32,000 nucleotides of DNA from an uncultured bacterium (GCA_964640155.1 CAZXEQ010000010.1:6063-38062); one strand, 5' to 3'; shown: positions 1 through 9,856, numbered from the stretch's first letter. A program made the numbers and translations. The notes: generated from the letters alone by a model not told the origin.

Positions 1-1707
1 AAAGTAGATTCTCAACAGGCCCGTCGTGTTTTAGATCGAGTTGTGGGATATAAAATCAGTCCTCTTTTATGGAAAAAAGTGGGAAAAGGTCTAAGTGCAG
101 GACGAGTGCAATCGGTTGCCGTTCGTTTGATTTGCGATAGAGAAGAAGAAATTAAAAAATTTATTCCAAAAGAGTTTTGGTCTCTGGAAGCGCTTTTTAA
201 GAAAAAATCTGAAGAAATTTCTTTTGAAGCTCATTTAGATAAAATGAAGGGTGAAAAAATAGATATTTCAAATGGACAGCTTGCCCATGAAGTAGTTTCA
301 GATATTCAGACCAAAGGTGCACCTTTCATTATTGCCAATGTTCAGAGTAAAGAAAAAACTCAAAAAGCGTATCCTCCTTTTATTACAAGTCAACTTCAAC
401 AGGCTTCTGCAACGACTTTAAGATTTTCAGTTTATAAGACAATGAAAGTGGCTCAAGAGCTTTATGAAGGAATTGAGTTGGGAGAAGAGGGAAGCGTGGG
501 GCTTATTACCTACATGCGTACGGATGCTTATCGAATCGCTCCCGAAGCCCAGGAAGAAGCCATTCAATACGTGAAGACCCGATTTGGCGAGGAATTTTTA
601 CCTGAAACACCTAACTTTTATAAAGCCAAAAAAGGAGCACAAGAGGCGCATGAAGCGATTCGTCCTTCCTCGGCAAATCGAAACCCTGAAGACATTAAAC
701 AATATTTGTCAGAAGATCAGTACAAACTTTATCGATTGATTTGGAAAAGATTTTTGCAAAGTCAAATGGCTCCGGCACTTCTTAAAACCCATACGGTCAA
801 TATTATCTCTGGGATGAGTTCTTCAAATTTAGATCAATGGGAAAAAGCAGAATATAATTTTAAATCGACAGGCACCGAAGTTGTTTTCCCTGGATATTTG
901 GTATTAGAAGAGCCTGTTGTTAAAGATGAAGAAGATGAAAAAGACAGCGAAGAGGAAAAGAATGTTTTACTACCGAAGTTAGAAGTCGGAGAGGAAGTGC
1001 TTTTAAGTCAATTGATTCCCAACCAACATTTTACCAAGCCTCCTCCTCGTTATTCAGAGGCCAGTTTGGTAAAGGCTTTAGAAGAAAATGAAATTGGAAG
1101 ACCCAGTACCTATTCTCCTACAATTCAAACGATTGTTAAACGAGGCTATGTTTTTAAAGAACGAGGCAGACTCATGCCTGCAGAGTTAGGTTTTACAGTT
1201 ACAAAGTTATTACTTGAGCATTTCCCCAATATTATGAATATTGAGTTTACGGCGAAAATGGAAGCAGATCTGGACATGATTGAAGAAGGCAAAGAAGACT
1301 GGAAAAAACTGATTATTGAATTTTATCATCCTTTTATGGAAACTTTTGAGCTTGCTTCTAAGACGATGCAAAGTGTTAAACAACCTCCCATTCCGACAGA
1401 TGAAGTTTGCGAAAAATGTGGATCTATGATGGTGATACGAACGGGTCGGTTTGGAAAATTTATGGCATGCTCTGGTTTTCCAAAATGTCGAAATGTGAAA
1501 TCAATTGATACGGGGATTGCTTGTTCCAAGCCTGGATGCACAGGTAAAATCGTACAACGTCGATCTAAGAAGGGAAGGACTTTCTTTGGATGTACACGTT
1601 ATCCCGAATGTGATTTTGTAGCTTCAAGTCTTGAAAAAGCCCAAGGGGGTTCTTCTTCAGAAAATGCTCAAGAAGAGGACGAAGGTGGGGATGAAGAAGA
1701 GAATTAA
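1..1707 (+). CDS. topA: DNA topoisomerase I (type IA), N-terminus outside the window
   Basis: Frame 1 is open from nt 1 (KVDSQQARRVLDRVVGYKISPLLWKKVGKGLSAGRVQS, the classic TopA core). Two C-terminal C4 zinc ribbons (CEKCGS...CSGFPKC; CSKPGC...CTRYPEC) precede an acidic tail. Stop TAA at 1705-1707. Confidence 0.95.
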   Translation, partial: KVDSQQARRVLDRVVGYKISPLLWKKVGKGLSAGRVQSVAVRLICDREEEIKKFIPKEFWSLEALFKKKSEEISFEAHLDKMKGEKIDISNGQLAHEVVSDIQTKGAPFIIANVQSKEKTQKAYPPFITSQLQQASATTLRFSVYKTMKVAQELYEGIELGEEGSVGLITYMRTDAYRIAPEAQEEAIQYVKTRFGEEFLPETPNFYKAKKGAQEAHEAIRPSSANRNPEDIKQYLSEDQYKLYRLIWKRFLQSQMAPALLKTHTVNIISGMSSSNLDQWEKAEYNFKSTGTEVVFPGYLVLEEPVVKDEEDEKDSEEEKNVLLPKLEVGEEVLLSQLIPNQHFTKPPPRYSEASLVKALEENEIGRPSTYSPTIQTIVKRGYVFKERGRLMPAELGFTVTKLLLEHFPNIMNIEFTAKMEADLDMIEEGKEDWKKLIIEFYHPFMETFELASKTMQSVKQPPIPTDEVCEKCGSMMVIRTGRFGKFMACSGFPKCRNVKSIDTGIACSKPGCTGKIVQRRSKKGRTFFGCTRYPECDFVASSLEKAQGGSSSENAQEEDEGGDEEEN

Positions 1708-1753
1708 AAACGAGATTATTCATTACGAAGTTTGGACTCTAAAATTAAATTGC

Positions 1754-1835
1754 AATCACCGATAACCAAATTCCAAGCTCCAAATAAATTTAAATGCTCA
1801 ATACCCAATTACCCAAAAGTTTGGTTATTGTGATT
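1754..1835. repeat. Long-range inverted repeat in the topA-xerC spacer
   Basis: AATCAC..ATAACCAAA (1754-1770) pairs with TTTGGTTAT.GTGATT (1820-1835), 15 bp with a small bulge and a 49-nt loop. An outer stem of about 7 bp (1723-1729 / 1852-1858) ends 4 nt before the xerC ATG. Confidence 0.6.
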
Positions 1836-1861
1836 TGGTGTTTGGTCATTGTTCGTGAATC

Positions 1862-2731
1862 ATGACTTCATACCTCGATCGGTTTTTTAAATACCTCTCT
1901 GCAGAAAAAAATGCTTCAGCTCATACCCTTTCTAATTATCGACGTGACCTTGATCAATTTGTTTCTTTTATGGGTAAAAATGATCAGGATCTTTTATCCA
2001 TTCATCATTTTGACGTTCGTCGTTTCTTAGGGGATCTTCAAAAAAAAGAGTATGCAAGGGCTTCAATCTTAAGGAAGGTAGCTGCTGTAAAAAGTTTTTT
2101 TAAATATCTTTGGAGAGAAGGAATTATTCAGGAGAATCCTCTTGCATCTCTTTCATCGCCCAAAAAACAGCGATCACTTCCTTCATTTATGACCATTGAA
2201 GAAGTTCAGAGAATGCTTGAAGCCCCAGATAAATCAGATTGGTTGGGACTCAGAGACCAGGCTATTCTTGAGCTTTTGTACAGTACGGGAATTCGTGTTA
2301 GTGAATTGGTGGGACTTAATGTAGAAGAGATTGATTTTGGGACAGAACTCGTTAAAGTTCGTGGTAAAGGTAAAAAAGAAAGGATTGTTCCATTAGGCCG
2401 AATTGCTATTAAGACATTACGAAACTATTTAATGGCCAGACAAGATAAAAGAACACAAGCTCTATTTATTAATAAAAATAAAGGGCGTTTAACCAGTCGC
2501 AGTGTTGAACGTTTGGTTCTTAAATATGGCAGAAGTGCGGGAGTTTCAAAAAAAGTTACTCCTCACACTTTTAGACATAGTTGTGCAACTCATTTGCTGG
2601 ATCGGGGAGCTGACTTAAGATCCGTTCAAGAAATTTTAGGTCATGCCAATCTTTCTACAACACAGATTTATACACATGTTACAGCTGAGAAATTGAAAAA
2701 AATTTATGATCAAGCTCATCCGAGAGCATAA
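1862..2731 (+). CDS. xerC: XerC/XerD-family tyrosine site-specific recombinase
   Basis: 289 aa. Catalytic set visible: GIRVSEL (Arg), HTFRHSCATHLL (HxxR), LGHANLSTTQIYTH (His, Tyr). N-terminal core-binding domain (HTLSNYRRDL). XerC versus XerD cannot be decided by eye. Confidence 0.85.
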   Translation: MTSYLDRFFKYLSAEKNASAHTLSNYRRDLDQFVSFMGKNDQDLLSIHHFDVRRFLGDLQKKEYARASILRKVAAVKSFFKYLWREGIIQENPLASLSSPKKQRSLPSFMTIEEVQRMLEAPDKSDWLGLRDQAILELLYSTGIRVSELVGLNVEEIDFGTELVKVRGKGKKERIVPLGRIAIKTLRNYLMARQDKRTQALFINKNKGRLTSRSVERLVLKYGRSAGVSKKVTPHTFRHSCATHLLDRGADLRSVQEILGHANLSTTQIYTHVTAEKLKKIYDQAHPRA

Positions 2732-2776
2732 AATGCAGTGATTTGTGGCTTGTGAATAGGAATTTGATAAAACAAT

Positions 2777-4090
2777 ATGATGTTTCTATATAATATTATT
2801 TTTACGGTAGGTTTTCTTTTTGCCAGTCCTTATTTTCTCTTTAAGCTGATTTATTCGGATAAGTGGCGTGAAGGTTTGAAGATGCGATTGGGCTTTTACG
2901 ATAAGACTGTTTTTGAAAAGCTTAAAGGCCAGAAAACTTTATGGATTCATGCTGCTTCTGTGGGAGAAGTAAAAGCCATTTTACCTTTGATTAAAAAAAT
3001 TCAAGAAAATCTTCCTGAATATCATATTGTTTTGACGACGGTGACCAGAACTGGAAATCGTTTGGCTCATGAGCTTTTAGATTCTTCTGCAACAGTGCTG
3101 TATTCTCCTCTAGATTTTCTTCTTGCTGTCAAAATTGCTATTCGTCTTATTCATCCTGAAGCAGTTATTTTGGTGGAAAGCGAATTGTGGGCCAATATGT
3201 TGCATCAACTCAATCGAAAAAAAATCCCAATTGCTTTGCTTAATGTCAGAATGTCGAAAAGGGCTTTTATTCGATATTTTAAAGCTGTTTTTTTTGTGAA
3301 ATATCTGATGAAAAAACTTTCTCTTGTGACAGCCCCGACTACCCGTGAAGCCGCCAAGATGCTCCTTTTGGGAGTTCGTCCTTCGGTTGTTCATATTGTA
3401 GGAAATCTAAAACATGAAAAAGAGATTCCACCTCTCCCTTCCCAAGAACAGAAAATGCTCTTTTTGAAAGAATTGGGATTTGACAAAGAGGCGGTGATTT
3501 TAATTGCAGGCAGTACACATTTGGGAGAGGAAGAGGTTCTTTTGAGACTTTATACACAGCTCTTAAAAAAATTCACTCAGTTACGTTTGATTTTGGCTCC
3601 ACGCCATCCTGATCGTGCAGATCAGATTATGGATTTAGTGAGAGAAAAAAAGTTAAAAGGTTCTCGTAGAACTCAATTCAACTTAGGACAAAATCCATCT
3701 GTCATGGTAGATTCTCATCAAGTACTTGTTTTAGACACCATTGGAGAACTTGAAAAAGTTTATGCTCTGGGCGATATTATTTTTATTGGAAAGAGTTTGT
3801 TAAGAGGGGGAGGTCAAAATTTTTTAGAACCCGCTCAATTTGGAAAATCCATTGTCTTCGGTTCTCATATGGAAAATTTTGAAGATATGGCCGATGCTTT
3901 TGTCAAAGGAAGTGCAGCTATTCAAGTGAAAGATGAAAAGGAACTGGGAGAAGTTTTAGAGCGTTTGTTAGAAAATCCTTCTGAGAGAAAAAGTCTTGGG
4001 GAAAAAGCCATAAAAATTCTTTTATCTCAGAGAGGTGCTTTAGACAAGAATTTTAAATTAATACAATCTTTACTCAATAAAGTGAAATAA
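2777..4090 (+). CDS. waaA: 3-deoxy-D-manno-octulosonic acid (Kdo) transferase
   Basis: 437 aa. N-terminal membrane anchor followed by LWIHAASVGEVKAILPLI, the characteristic GT30 Kdo-transferase N-domain motif. C-terminal GT-B half (FIGKSL..GGQNFLEPA). Confidence 0.85.
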   Translation: MMFLYNIIFTVGFLFASPYFLFKLIYSDKWREGLKMRLGFYDKTVFEKLKGQKTLWIHAASVGEVKAILPLIKKIQENLPEYHIVLTTVTRTGNRLAHELLDSSATVLYSPLDFLLAVKIAIRLIHPEAVILVESELWANMLHQLNRKKIPIALLNVRMSKRAFIRYFKAVFFVKYLMKKLSLVTAPTTREAAKMLLLGVRPSVVHIVGNLKHEKEIPPLPSQEQKMLFLKELGFDKEAVILIAGSTHLGEEEVLLRLYTQLLKKFTQLRLILAPRHPDRADQIMDLVREKKLKGSRRTQFNLGQNPSVMVDSHQVLVLDTIGELEKVYALGDIIFIGKSLLRGGGQNFLEPAQFGKSIVFGSHMENFEDMADAFVKGSAAIQVKDEKELGEVLERLLENPSERKSLGEKAIKILLSQRGALDKNFKLIQSLLNKVK

Positions 4091-4098
4091 AAATAGAT

Positions 4099-5400
4099 AT
4101 GAAAATTTTTATTTTCCCCCTGTTTTTTATTTTTCTATTATCTTCTATTTGGGCAGATTCATTTGATGAGAAGCCATCTTCTCAAATCTATTCCGTTCAT
4201 GAACTGGTGCAAAGGGGAGTTGAGAATTCCAGGGAATTAAAATTGATGGATCAAGATATTGAAAGAGCTAAAAAAGAATTAAAATATGCAAAAACCTCTT
4301 ATTTCCCTCATTTAACTTTACAGGGAAGCTTGGGAGTAGATCTTCTTTCTCCTACCAGTTTTGATCAAGATCGTAATGTAGGTTCAGATCTTATTTTAGA
4401 CTGGAATTTTTTTCAAAATGGATTGGTATTCTTTAGAGTGGCCCAAGCAAAAGCACAGGTGGAATTAGCAATTCTTCAAAGAAAGCATCAAGAAATAGAG
4501 TTGGCCTATCAATTTGAAAATCGTATTTATGAACTTCTAGAGAAAAAGGCATTTATTGCCTTACAGGGACATGACTTGAATCTAGAAAATAAATCTTTAG
4601 AGAAAGCTCAAGTAGAACTTCAGCAGGGGAAAATACGGCGTATGGATGTTCTGAAAGTTAGAACAAAGGTCTTTGAAAAACAAAATACCCTTGAAAAAAT
4701 AAAACGAGAGTATGACTTTTTAGCTAAGAAACTTAAGGAGGATATGAATTTACCGTTGAATGAAGACATTCAGATTTCATGGGGTACAGCCTTGAAACCC
4801 TTTTCTACGGCGAAAGAAATTTGTGTTGAGGTTGCGTTATCAAGTCGTACAGAAATTCGAGAAGGTGAAATTCAATGTGAATTAAGCCAGAAAGCTTTAA
4901 AAGTTGCGAAATTAGGAAGATTCCCACGTTTAGATCTTTTTGCAGGAAATGCTTTTGCTTTAGATGATTTTGAAAGAAGTTCTGATCAGTTTCAATTCCG
5001 AACAGGTGTTATTGCCAGATACCCTCTCTATGATGGAGGAGAAACAAAATTACAGATTACTTTGGCTGAATTAGCCAAGCGAAAGTCTTATTTTCAATGG
5101 GATCAAACGAAACAAAAAATTCAAGATGAGGTAGAAAAGGCTTATAGTGAAGTCTTAGATGCTCAAGTGATTTGGGAGTTAGGGAAATCTCAATTTCAAG
5201 ATATACAATCAGAATTAGAACAATCTAAAATTGAATATAAGAATGGAAATTTATCTGATTTTGAATGGCAAGAGGCGACTTTGACTTCTGAACGCGCCAA
5301 GGTGAATGATGATAGTCTTAAACTCAATGTTTTAAAATCTTGGGTTTCTTTGGCTAAGGCGATAGGGTTTAAAAGTTTAGAAGAGGCCTTTAGTAAATAA
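4099..5400 (+). CDS. TolC-family outer membrane efflux protein
   Basis: 433 aa. Signal peptide (MKIFIFPLFFIFLLSSIWA). Two-fold repeated coiled-coil/beta pattern typical of outer membrane efflux proteins (YFPHLTLQGSLG ... RFPRLDLFAGNAF). Starts 8 nt after waaA and is followed by adaptor and ABC genes. Confidence 0.8.
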   Translation: MKIFIFPLFFIFLLSSIWADSFDEKPSSQIYSVHELVQRGVENSRELKLMDQDIERAKKELKYAKTSYFPHLTLQGSLGVDLLSPTSFDQDRNVGSDLILDWNFFQNGLVFFRVAQAKAQVELAILQRKHQEIELAYQFENRIYELLEKKAFIALQGHDLNLENKSLEKAQVELQQGKIRRMDVLKVRTKVFEKQNTLEKIKREYDFLAKKLKEDMNLPLNEDIQISWGTALKPFSTAKEICVEVALSSRTEIREGEIQCELSQKALKVAKLGRFPRLDLFAGNAFALDDFERSSDQFQFRTGVIARYPLYDGGETKLQITLAELAKRKSYFQWDQTKQKIQDEVEKAYSEVLDAQVIWELGKSQFQDIQSELEQSKIEYKNGNLSDFEWQEATLTSERAKVNDDSLKLNVLKSWVSLAKAIGFKSLEEAFSK

Positions 5401-5430
5401 AAATAGATTTGATATTTGGGAATAACATTT

Positions 5431-6645
5431 ATGTCTTCTAAAAGAAAAACAATTCTATGGATTTTTGCTCCTCTTTTTATTTTAGGTGTTTCAATTATTG
5501 GAATTTTTAAATCTTTAGATGAAGGTTCTCCTCAATCATTAAAAGCTAAAGTTTTGAGGGGGGATATTCGTCAAGTTATTCGAGGGGTGGGGTATTTAGA
5601 GGCTGATGCACTTATTCCTGTTGTGAGTCATTTACCTGGGAAAATTCAAAAAATAAATGTTGAGGCAGGAACCTCTATTCAAAAGGGACAACTTCTTTTT
5701 CAAGTACGTAGTCCTAATTTTCAGAAAGAATATCGTTTGATGAAAGCCAAATATTATCAATCAAAATTAGATTTAAAAAAATTGTTGTCCAAATCAAGTG
5801 AAACGGCAACCTTAGAGGCACAAAGCTTTTTGGAAAAAGCTCAAAAACTAACTCAAACGGTGCAAAAAGAATTCTCAGATAAAACAGATCTTTTTCAAAA
5901 AGGGTTTATTTCAAAAAAAGAAATAGATGACACACAAAGTCGTTTGGAAAACGCTCAATCTGAAGAAAAAATTGCATTAAAGAGATTTGAGGACCTTTCA
6001 AAACCAGCTTCTAAAGAAGAAGTAGAGCTAAAACAAGCAGAGCTCGCAAAAATGAAATTAGAGTTGGAAGTTTTAAGTCGTTACTGGAAAAAAAGACGCG
6101 CTCGAACATTCTTTGACGCTCTTGTTGTTGAGGTTTCAAAAAAGAAAGGAGATGTTGTCAAAGAAGACGATATTGTATTAACGCTTGTGAATACGCAAAA
6201 ACCTTGGGTTGTCCAAGCTTCTGTCTACGAGACGGATATTTCAAAAATTAAAAAAGGGCAAAAGGCTATTTTGAAATTCTCTGGAATGGATGGGACTTAT
6301 CAATCTCAGGTGTCTGAAATCTCTCCGATGGCTAAGATCAATGGAAATATTAGAAAATTTTCAGTTAAGCTTTTACTTCAAGACAAAATAAAAGAATCGG
6401 TACGTCTAGGAATAGGGGCTGAGTATGAAATTCTTATTGAAGAAAGAAAAAATGTTTTGATGTTCCCTCTTCAGTTTATTGTTAGGAAGCCAGAAGGCGT
6501 AGGTGTATGGCTTTTGCAAAAAAATAAAAAAGTTTTTGTGCCTTTGGTTTTGGGCGTCAGTGATGAAAATAATGTTGAAGTGATTTCTGGTTTACAAGAA
6601 AATCAAGAAATTGTTTTACAAGATTTTCATGAAAAAGAGAGATAG
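5431..6645 (+). CDS. HlyD/MacA-family periplasmic efflux adaptor
   Basis: N-terminal TM segment, lipoyl-like hairpin (GKIQKINVEAGTSIQKGQLLFQV), long coiled coil, beta-barrel C-terminal part. The ORF track starts at TTG 5416; ATG 5431 (MSSKRK) is the more likely start. Confidence 0.8.
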   Translation: MSSKRKTILWIFAPLFILGVSIIGIFKSLDEGSPQSLKAKVLRGDIRQVIRGVGYLEADALIPVVSHLPGKIQKINVEAGTSIQKGQLLFQVRSPNFQKEYRLMKAKYYQSKLDLKKLLSKSSETATLEAQSFLEKAQKLTQTVQKEFSDKTDLFQKGFISKKEIDDTQSRLENAQSEEKIALKRFEDLSKPASKEEVELKQAELAKMKLELEVLSRYWKKRRARTFFDALVVEVSKKKGDVVKEDDIVLTLVNTQKPWVVQASVYETDISKIKKGQKAILKFSGMDGTYQSQVSEISPMAKINGNIRKFSVKLLLQDKIKESVRLGIGAEYEILIEERKNVLMFPLQFIVRKPEGVGVWLLQKNKKVFVPLVLGVSDENNVEVISGLQENQEIVLQDFHEKER

Positions 6646-6650
6646 AAGTT

Positions 6651-7403
6651 ATGAACTCAATAGTTGAGTTGGATTCTTTATCTGCAGGAGCTTTGAGGGA
6701 GGGTTGTTCTCGTGAAACTTCTGTTCTTATTCGAGTTGAAGGAGTAGCAAAACATTTTCCAGTGGGATTAGGAAAAGTAAGTGCTTTAAAATCTATTAGT
6801 TTAGATGTCTATGATGGAGAGTTTCTTTCTATTTTAGGCCCCAGTGGATCTGGTAAAAGTACATTGCTTCATATCTTGGGTCTTTTATCCAGACCTACTT
6901 CCGGGGAAATTTTTTTTGATGGCATCAATGTTTCTTCGCTTTCTGAAAATTATTGGGCAGGTTTGAGAAGTAAAAAGATAGGTTTTGTTTTTCAGTCTTT
7001 CCATCTTTTAAATTCCCTCTCAGCTTTAGAAAATGTTGAAATGCCTTTGATTTATCAACATATACCCCCTCGTCAGAGAAAACTTAAAGCTTATGAAGTT
7101 TTAGAAAAAGTAGGAATGACGCATCGCTCACATCACTTCCCTTATCAACTTTCTGGAGGAGAGTCTCAGCGTGTTGCCATTGCTCGAGCTTTGGTGAGTT
7201 CTGCTTGCGTTATTTTAGCGGATGAACCCACTGGGAATTTGGATACTCAGACGGGAAAAGATATTTTGGCTCTTCTGAAGATTTTGAATAAAGAAGGTAA
7301 AACGCTCATTGTCGTCACACATGATTTAGCCATTGCCAATCATGCGAATCGCAAAGTTTTTTTACAAGACGGGAATCTTCTGAAATGTTCAGACCGGGAT
7401 TAA
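6651..7403 (+). CDS. ABC transporter ATP-binding protein (MacB/LolD-like)
   Basis: Walker A GPSGSGKST, signature LSGGESQRVAIARAL, Walker B ILADEPTGNLD, H-loop VTHD. Confidence 0.92.
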   Translation: MNSIVELDSLSAGALREGCSRETSVLIRVEGVAKHFPVGLGKVSALKSISLDVYDGEFLSILGPSGSGKSTLLHILGLLSRPTSGEIFFDGINVSSLSENYWAGLRSKKIGFVFQSFHLLNSLSALENVEMPLIYQHIPPRQRKLKAYEVLEKVGMTHRSHHFPYQLSGGESQRVAIARALVSSACVILADEPTGNLDTQTGKDILALLKILNKEGKTLIVVTHDLAIANHANRKVFLQDGNLLKCSDRD

Positions 7404-8602
7404 TTCTCATTTACGACAATATCAAAATTTCTTTTCAAATGCTTTCTTCCCACAAATTAAGATCTCTTTTAAGTGTGATTGGAATTGTGTTTGGGATTTT
7501 GACCCTTTTGGTGACTTTAGCCATAGGTGAGGGGACTCGTCAAAAAATCTTAAAAACAATTGAAGCGATGGGAGCTAATTTGATTTCAATTACGCCCCAA
7601 AGTATGTCAGAAGAAGGACAATGGGTTCAGAATAGACCTTTGACTTTGCAAGATATTCGTTGTTTGGAACAATTACAGGGGATTGTAGCCTATGCGCCTT
7701 TTTTAGGTTCTGCATTTATGATGAAAGTGGGTTCTACCGAAAAAGTGATTACTTTGGAAGGAGTCACTTCTTCTTTTGCTCTTGTTCGAGATTTGAATTT
7801 GCAAAGTGGGCGTTTTTTAGTGGAAGAAGATATCTCCAATCATGCAAAAGTTATTGTTCTAGGATGGCAATTGGCTCAGGAGCTTTTCCCAAATCAAAAT
7901 CCTTTAGGTCAAACGTGTCATTTATGGGATTCTAATTTTCAAATTGTAGGTGTTTTAGCTCAAAAAGGAAGAATATGGGGAGTGGATTTTGACAGAGAAA
8001 TTTTCTTGCCCATAACGACTTTGCAAGAAATGCAAGGACAGAGTGGTGAAATTCATGGAGTATGGATTCGTTCGACAGCTTCTAATTTAGTTAAAAATGT
8101 TATTCGTCAGACTCAAGATCTTTTTAAAAATAGAAAGCTTGAGATTTGGGATCAGGAAGAGTTACTGATTAAAAAGAACCGCATTACTTATGCTTTTAAA
8201 TGGGCTTTAGGATCGATTGCAATGATAAGTCTTATGATTGGCGGAATTGGGATTATGAATGTTTTGTTGGTATCTGTTTCAGAAAGGGTCAAAGAGATTG
8301 GGGTTAGAAAAGCAGTGGGGGCTACAGCATGGGATATTCTTTTTCAATTTGTTTTTGAATCATTTTTTCTTACTTTCATTGGTGCTTTGTTGGGAATTGT
8401 CTTAGGGATATTGATCAGTGGGTCTATTACCATGATTCTTAATCATTTTCTTCCCATGGCAGATCGCTGGGAAGCTATTTTATCTTGGGAAGCAATTGCG
8501 GTAGCTCTGCATTTTACATTTTGGGTAGGCCTTTTCTTTGGATTATATCCTGCTTGGAAGGCCTCTCGGTTGGACCCTTGCGAGGCGCTTGCTTATTTTT
8601 AA
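7385..8602 (+). CDS. ABC transporter permease, FtsX/MacB-type with periplasmic domain
   Basis: 405 aa. N-terminal TM (HKLRSLLSVIGIVFG), large periplasmic domain, then three C-terminal TMs with the FtsX-like motif (RVKEIGVRKAVGA). Overlaps the ATPase gene by 19 nt. Confidence 0.88.
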   Translation: MFRPGLILIYDNIKISFQMLSSHKLRSLLSVIGIVFGILTLLVTLAIGEGTRQKILKTIEAMGANLISITPQSMSEEGQWVQNRPLTLQDIRCLEQLQGIVAYAPFLGSAFMMKVGSTEKVITLEGVTSSFALVRDLNLQSGRFLVEEDISNHAKVIVLGWQLAQELFPNQNPLGQTCHLWDSNFQIVGVLAQKGRIWGVDFDREIFLPITTLQEMQGQSGEIHGVWIRSTASNLVKNVIRQTQDLFKNRKLEIWDQEELLIKKNRITYAFKWALGSIAMISLMIGGIGIMNVLLVSVSERVKEIGVRKAVGATAWDILFQFVFESFFLTFIGALLGIVLGILISGSITMILNHFLPMADRWEAILSWEAIAVALHFTFWVGLFFGLYPAWKASRLDPCEALAYF

Positions 8603-8634
8603 ATAACGTATTGCATGATGCGTCAAGCGGCATT

Positions 8635-8669
8635 CGTTTAAAAGGAAATAAATAAAATTTCCATAAACG
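8635..8669. terminator. Nested AT-rich hairpin between convergent genes (weak bidirectional terminator candidate)
   Basis: CGTTTA-aaa-GGAAAT-aaataaa-ATTTCC-a-TAAACG. Flanked by further imperfect GC-containing pairings (ATGCGT 8618-8623 with ACGCAT 8674-8679). Confidence 0.35.
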
Positions 8670-8701
8670 CAGTACGCATAACGTGCGACGATTGACGAAA
8701 A

Positions 8702-9772
8702 TTATTTCGAATACTTTGATCCCGAAAATTGCTTCATAAAAAGTTCAAAATCTTTTTCCAATTGCCCAGAACTGGTATTTAGTTTTTTTGCTAAGGTTTG
8801 TATATTTGTACTTGCTGACGGATTTTTATTCATTTCACGAATGAATTGATAAAATCCTGCTTGCCTTTGGTTTTGCATTAAATAATAAACCAAGCTCCAT
8901 GACATAATATAGGCTACAAAGACTTGTTTTTCGTCCATGCCAGAAAAGTGAGGAGCTCCCATTAATTCAGAAATAGAAACTTTAGGAACATAAGGTAATA
9001 GAGTCATGTATTGACGATGAGGAAGTCCAATTTGAGTCTTTTCGCAATAGACAGCTAAACCTTCATGGAGCCAACTAGCTGCTTCTGGGGGAAGGATGTT
9101 GTAATGAGCACAAAGTTGATGAGAAGCTTCATGCCTCATGATGGAAATAACCTGATCCATTTGTCCTGTCAAAGTAGGGAGGAGTATTTCCTGATATCGA
9201 AACGGGATTTTAACATGAGAAGCAAAAGGAACCGTTTTTGAAATATCCATGGCGTTGAATAAAAACAAACGATGTTGATGGGGATTGTAAAATCCAGCAA
9301 CCCAAGCAGGGACACCAATACTAGATCGAAAGCGATCAAAGGTTTTTTGAGAGTCAAAAAATACAACTTCCATAGTTTTTTGTTTTGGGATACGAATGAG
9401 AGGAGAGAAAAATTGTCGGAATTGTTTTTCAAACGTCGTGAGTGTTTGAAATGCATTTTGAAAAGCAAAGGATTTATTTTCCGTTAAAATGGAATAGCTT
9501 GGAGTTTTGATAAAAAGAAAATCAGTAAAATCATTTTTGAATTTTACATCGTTTAAAGTAATCAATTTTTCTGAAACTTGTGCTTGAGTTGCCAGTTGAC
9601 GACGGATGTTAAGATCAGATTCACTCCAGTGTTCTTCAGTTTTGGTTTTTCCAAGGTCAAAGGTTTTAGCAGGAGTTGATGTGAAAGCAGGCTGTTTTCT
9701 GAATTGTTGAACAAGAAAAGCAAGTCCTAGGACGACTATCAGAAGCAAGAGAAAACGTATCAATGCGTTCAT
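8702..9772 (-). CDS. Secreted or membrane-anchored hypothetical protein with HExxH motif (DUF1570-like putative metallopeptidase)
   Basis: 356 aa. N-terminal hydrophobic anchor (LIRFLLLLIVVLGLAFLV). MRHEASHQL (HExxH) followed by LHEGLAVY, reminiscent of the DUF1570 / peptidase MA-like family. The only long minus-strand gene in the window. The functional call is from memory of the family. Confidence 0.55.
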   Translation of the reverse strand: MNALIRFLLLLIVVLGLAFLVQQFRKQPAFTSTPAKTFDLGKTKTEEHWSESDLNIRRQLATQAQVSEKLITLNDVKFKNDFTDFLFIKTPSYSILTENKSFAFQNAFQTLTTFEKQFRQFFSPLIRIPKQKTMEVVFFDSQKTFDRFRSSIGVPAWVAGFYNPHQHRLFLFNAMDISKTVPFASHVKIPFRYQEILLPTLTGQMDQVISIMRHEASHQLCAHYNILPPEAASWLHEGLAVYCEKTQIGLPHRQYMTLLPYVPKVSISELMGAPHFSGMDEKQVFVAYIMSWSLVYYLMQNQRQAGFYQFIREMNKNPSASTNIQTLAKKLNTSSGQLEKDFELFMKQFSGSKYSK

Positions 9773-9856
9773 GAAACCATCCTTTGTTTAACCAAAGAAA
9801 TTTTAACATATTTTTTGAGATCATATTTCTGTTAAAATTAGAATAGGTTAAACCTT

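Noticed and set aside
8674-8681. ACGCATAA resembles the XerC-binding arm of dif (GCGCATAA).
   Set aside because: The required 6-nt spacer followed by a TTATGTTAAAT-like XerD arm is absent (CGTGCG ACGATTGACGA follows instead).
8668-8685. CGCAGTACGCATAACGTG (8668-8685) resembles CGCAGTACGCATGATGTG (31214-31231), matching at 16 of 18 positions. A looser third version, GTATTGCATGATGCG, lies at 8609-8623. All sit at convergent gene ends.
   Set aside because: A rough estimate suggests that dozens of 16/18 matches are expected by chance among all position pairs in 32 kb on both strands. There is no extended flanking similarity. It is worth a genome-wide k-mer count but is not supportable from this window.
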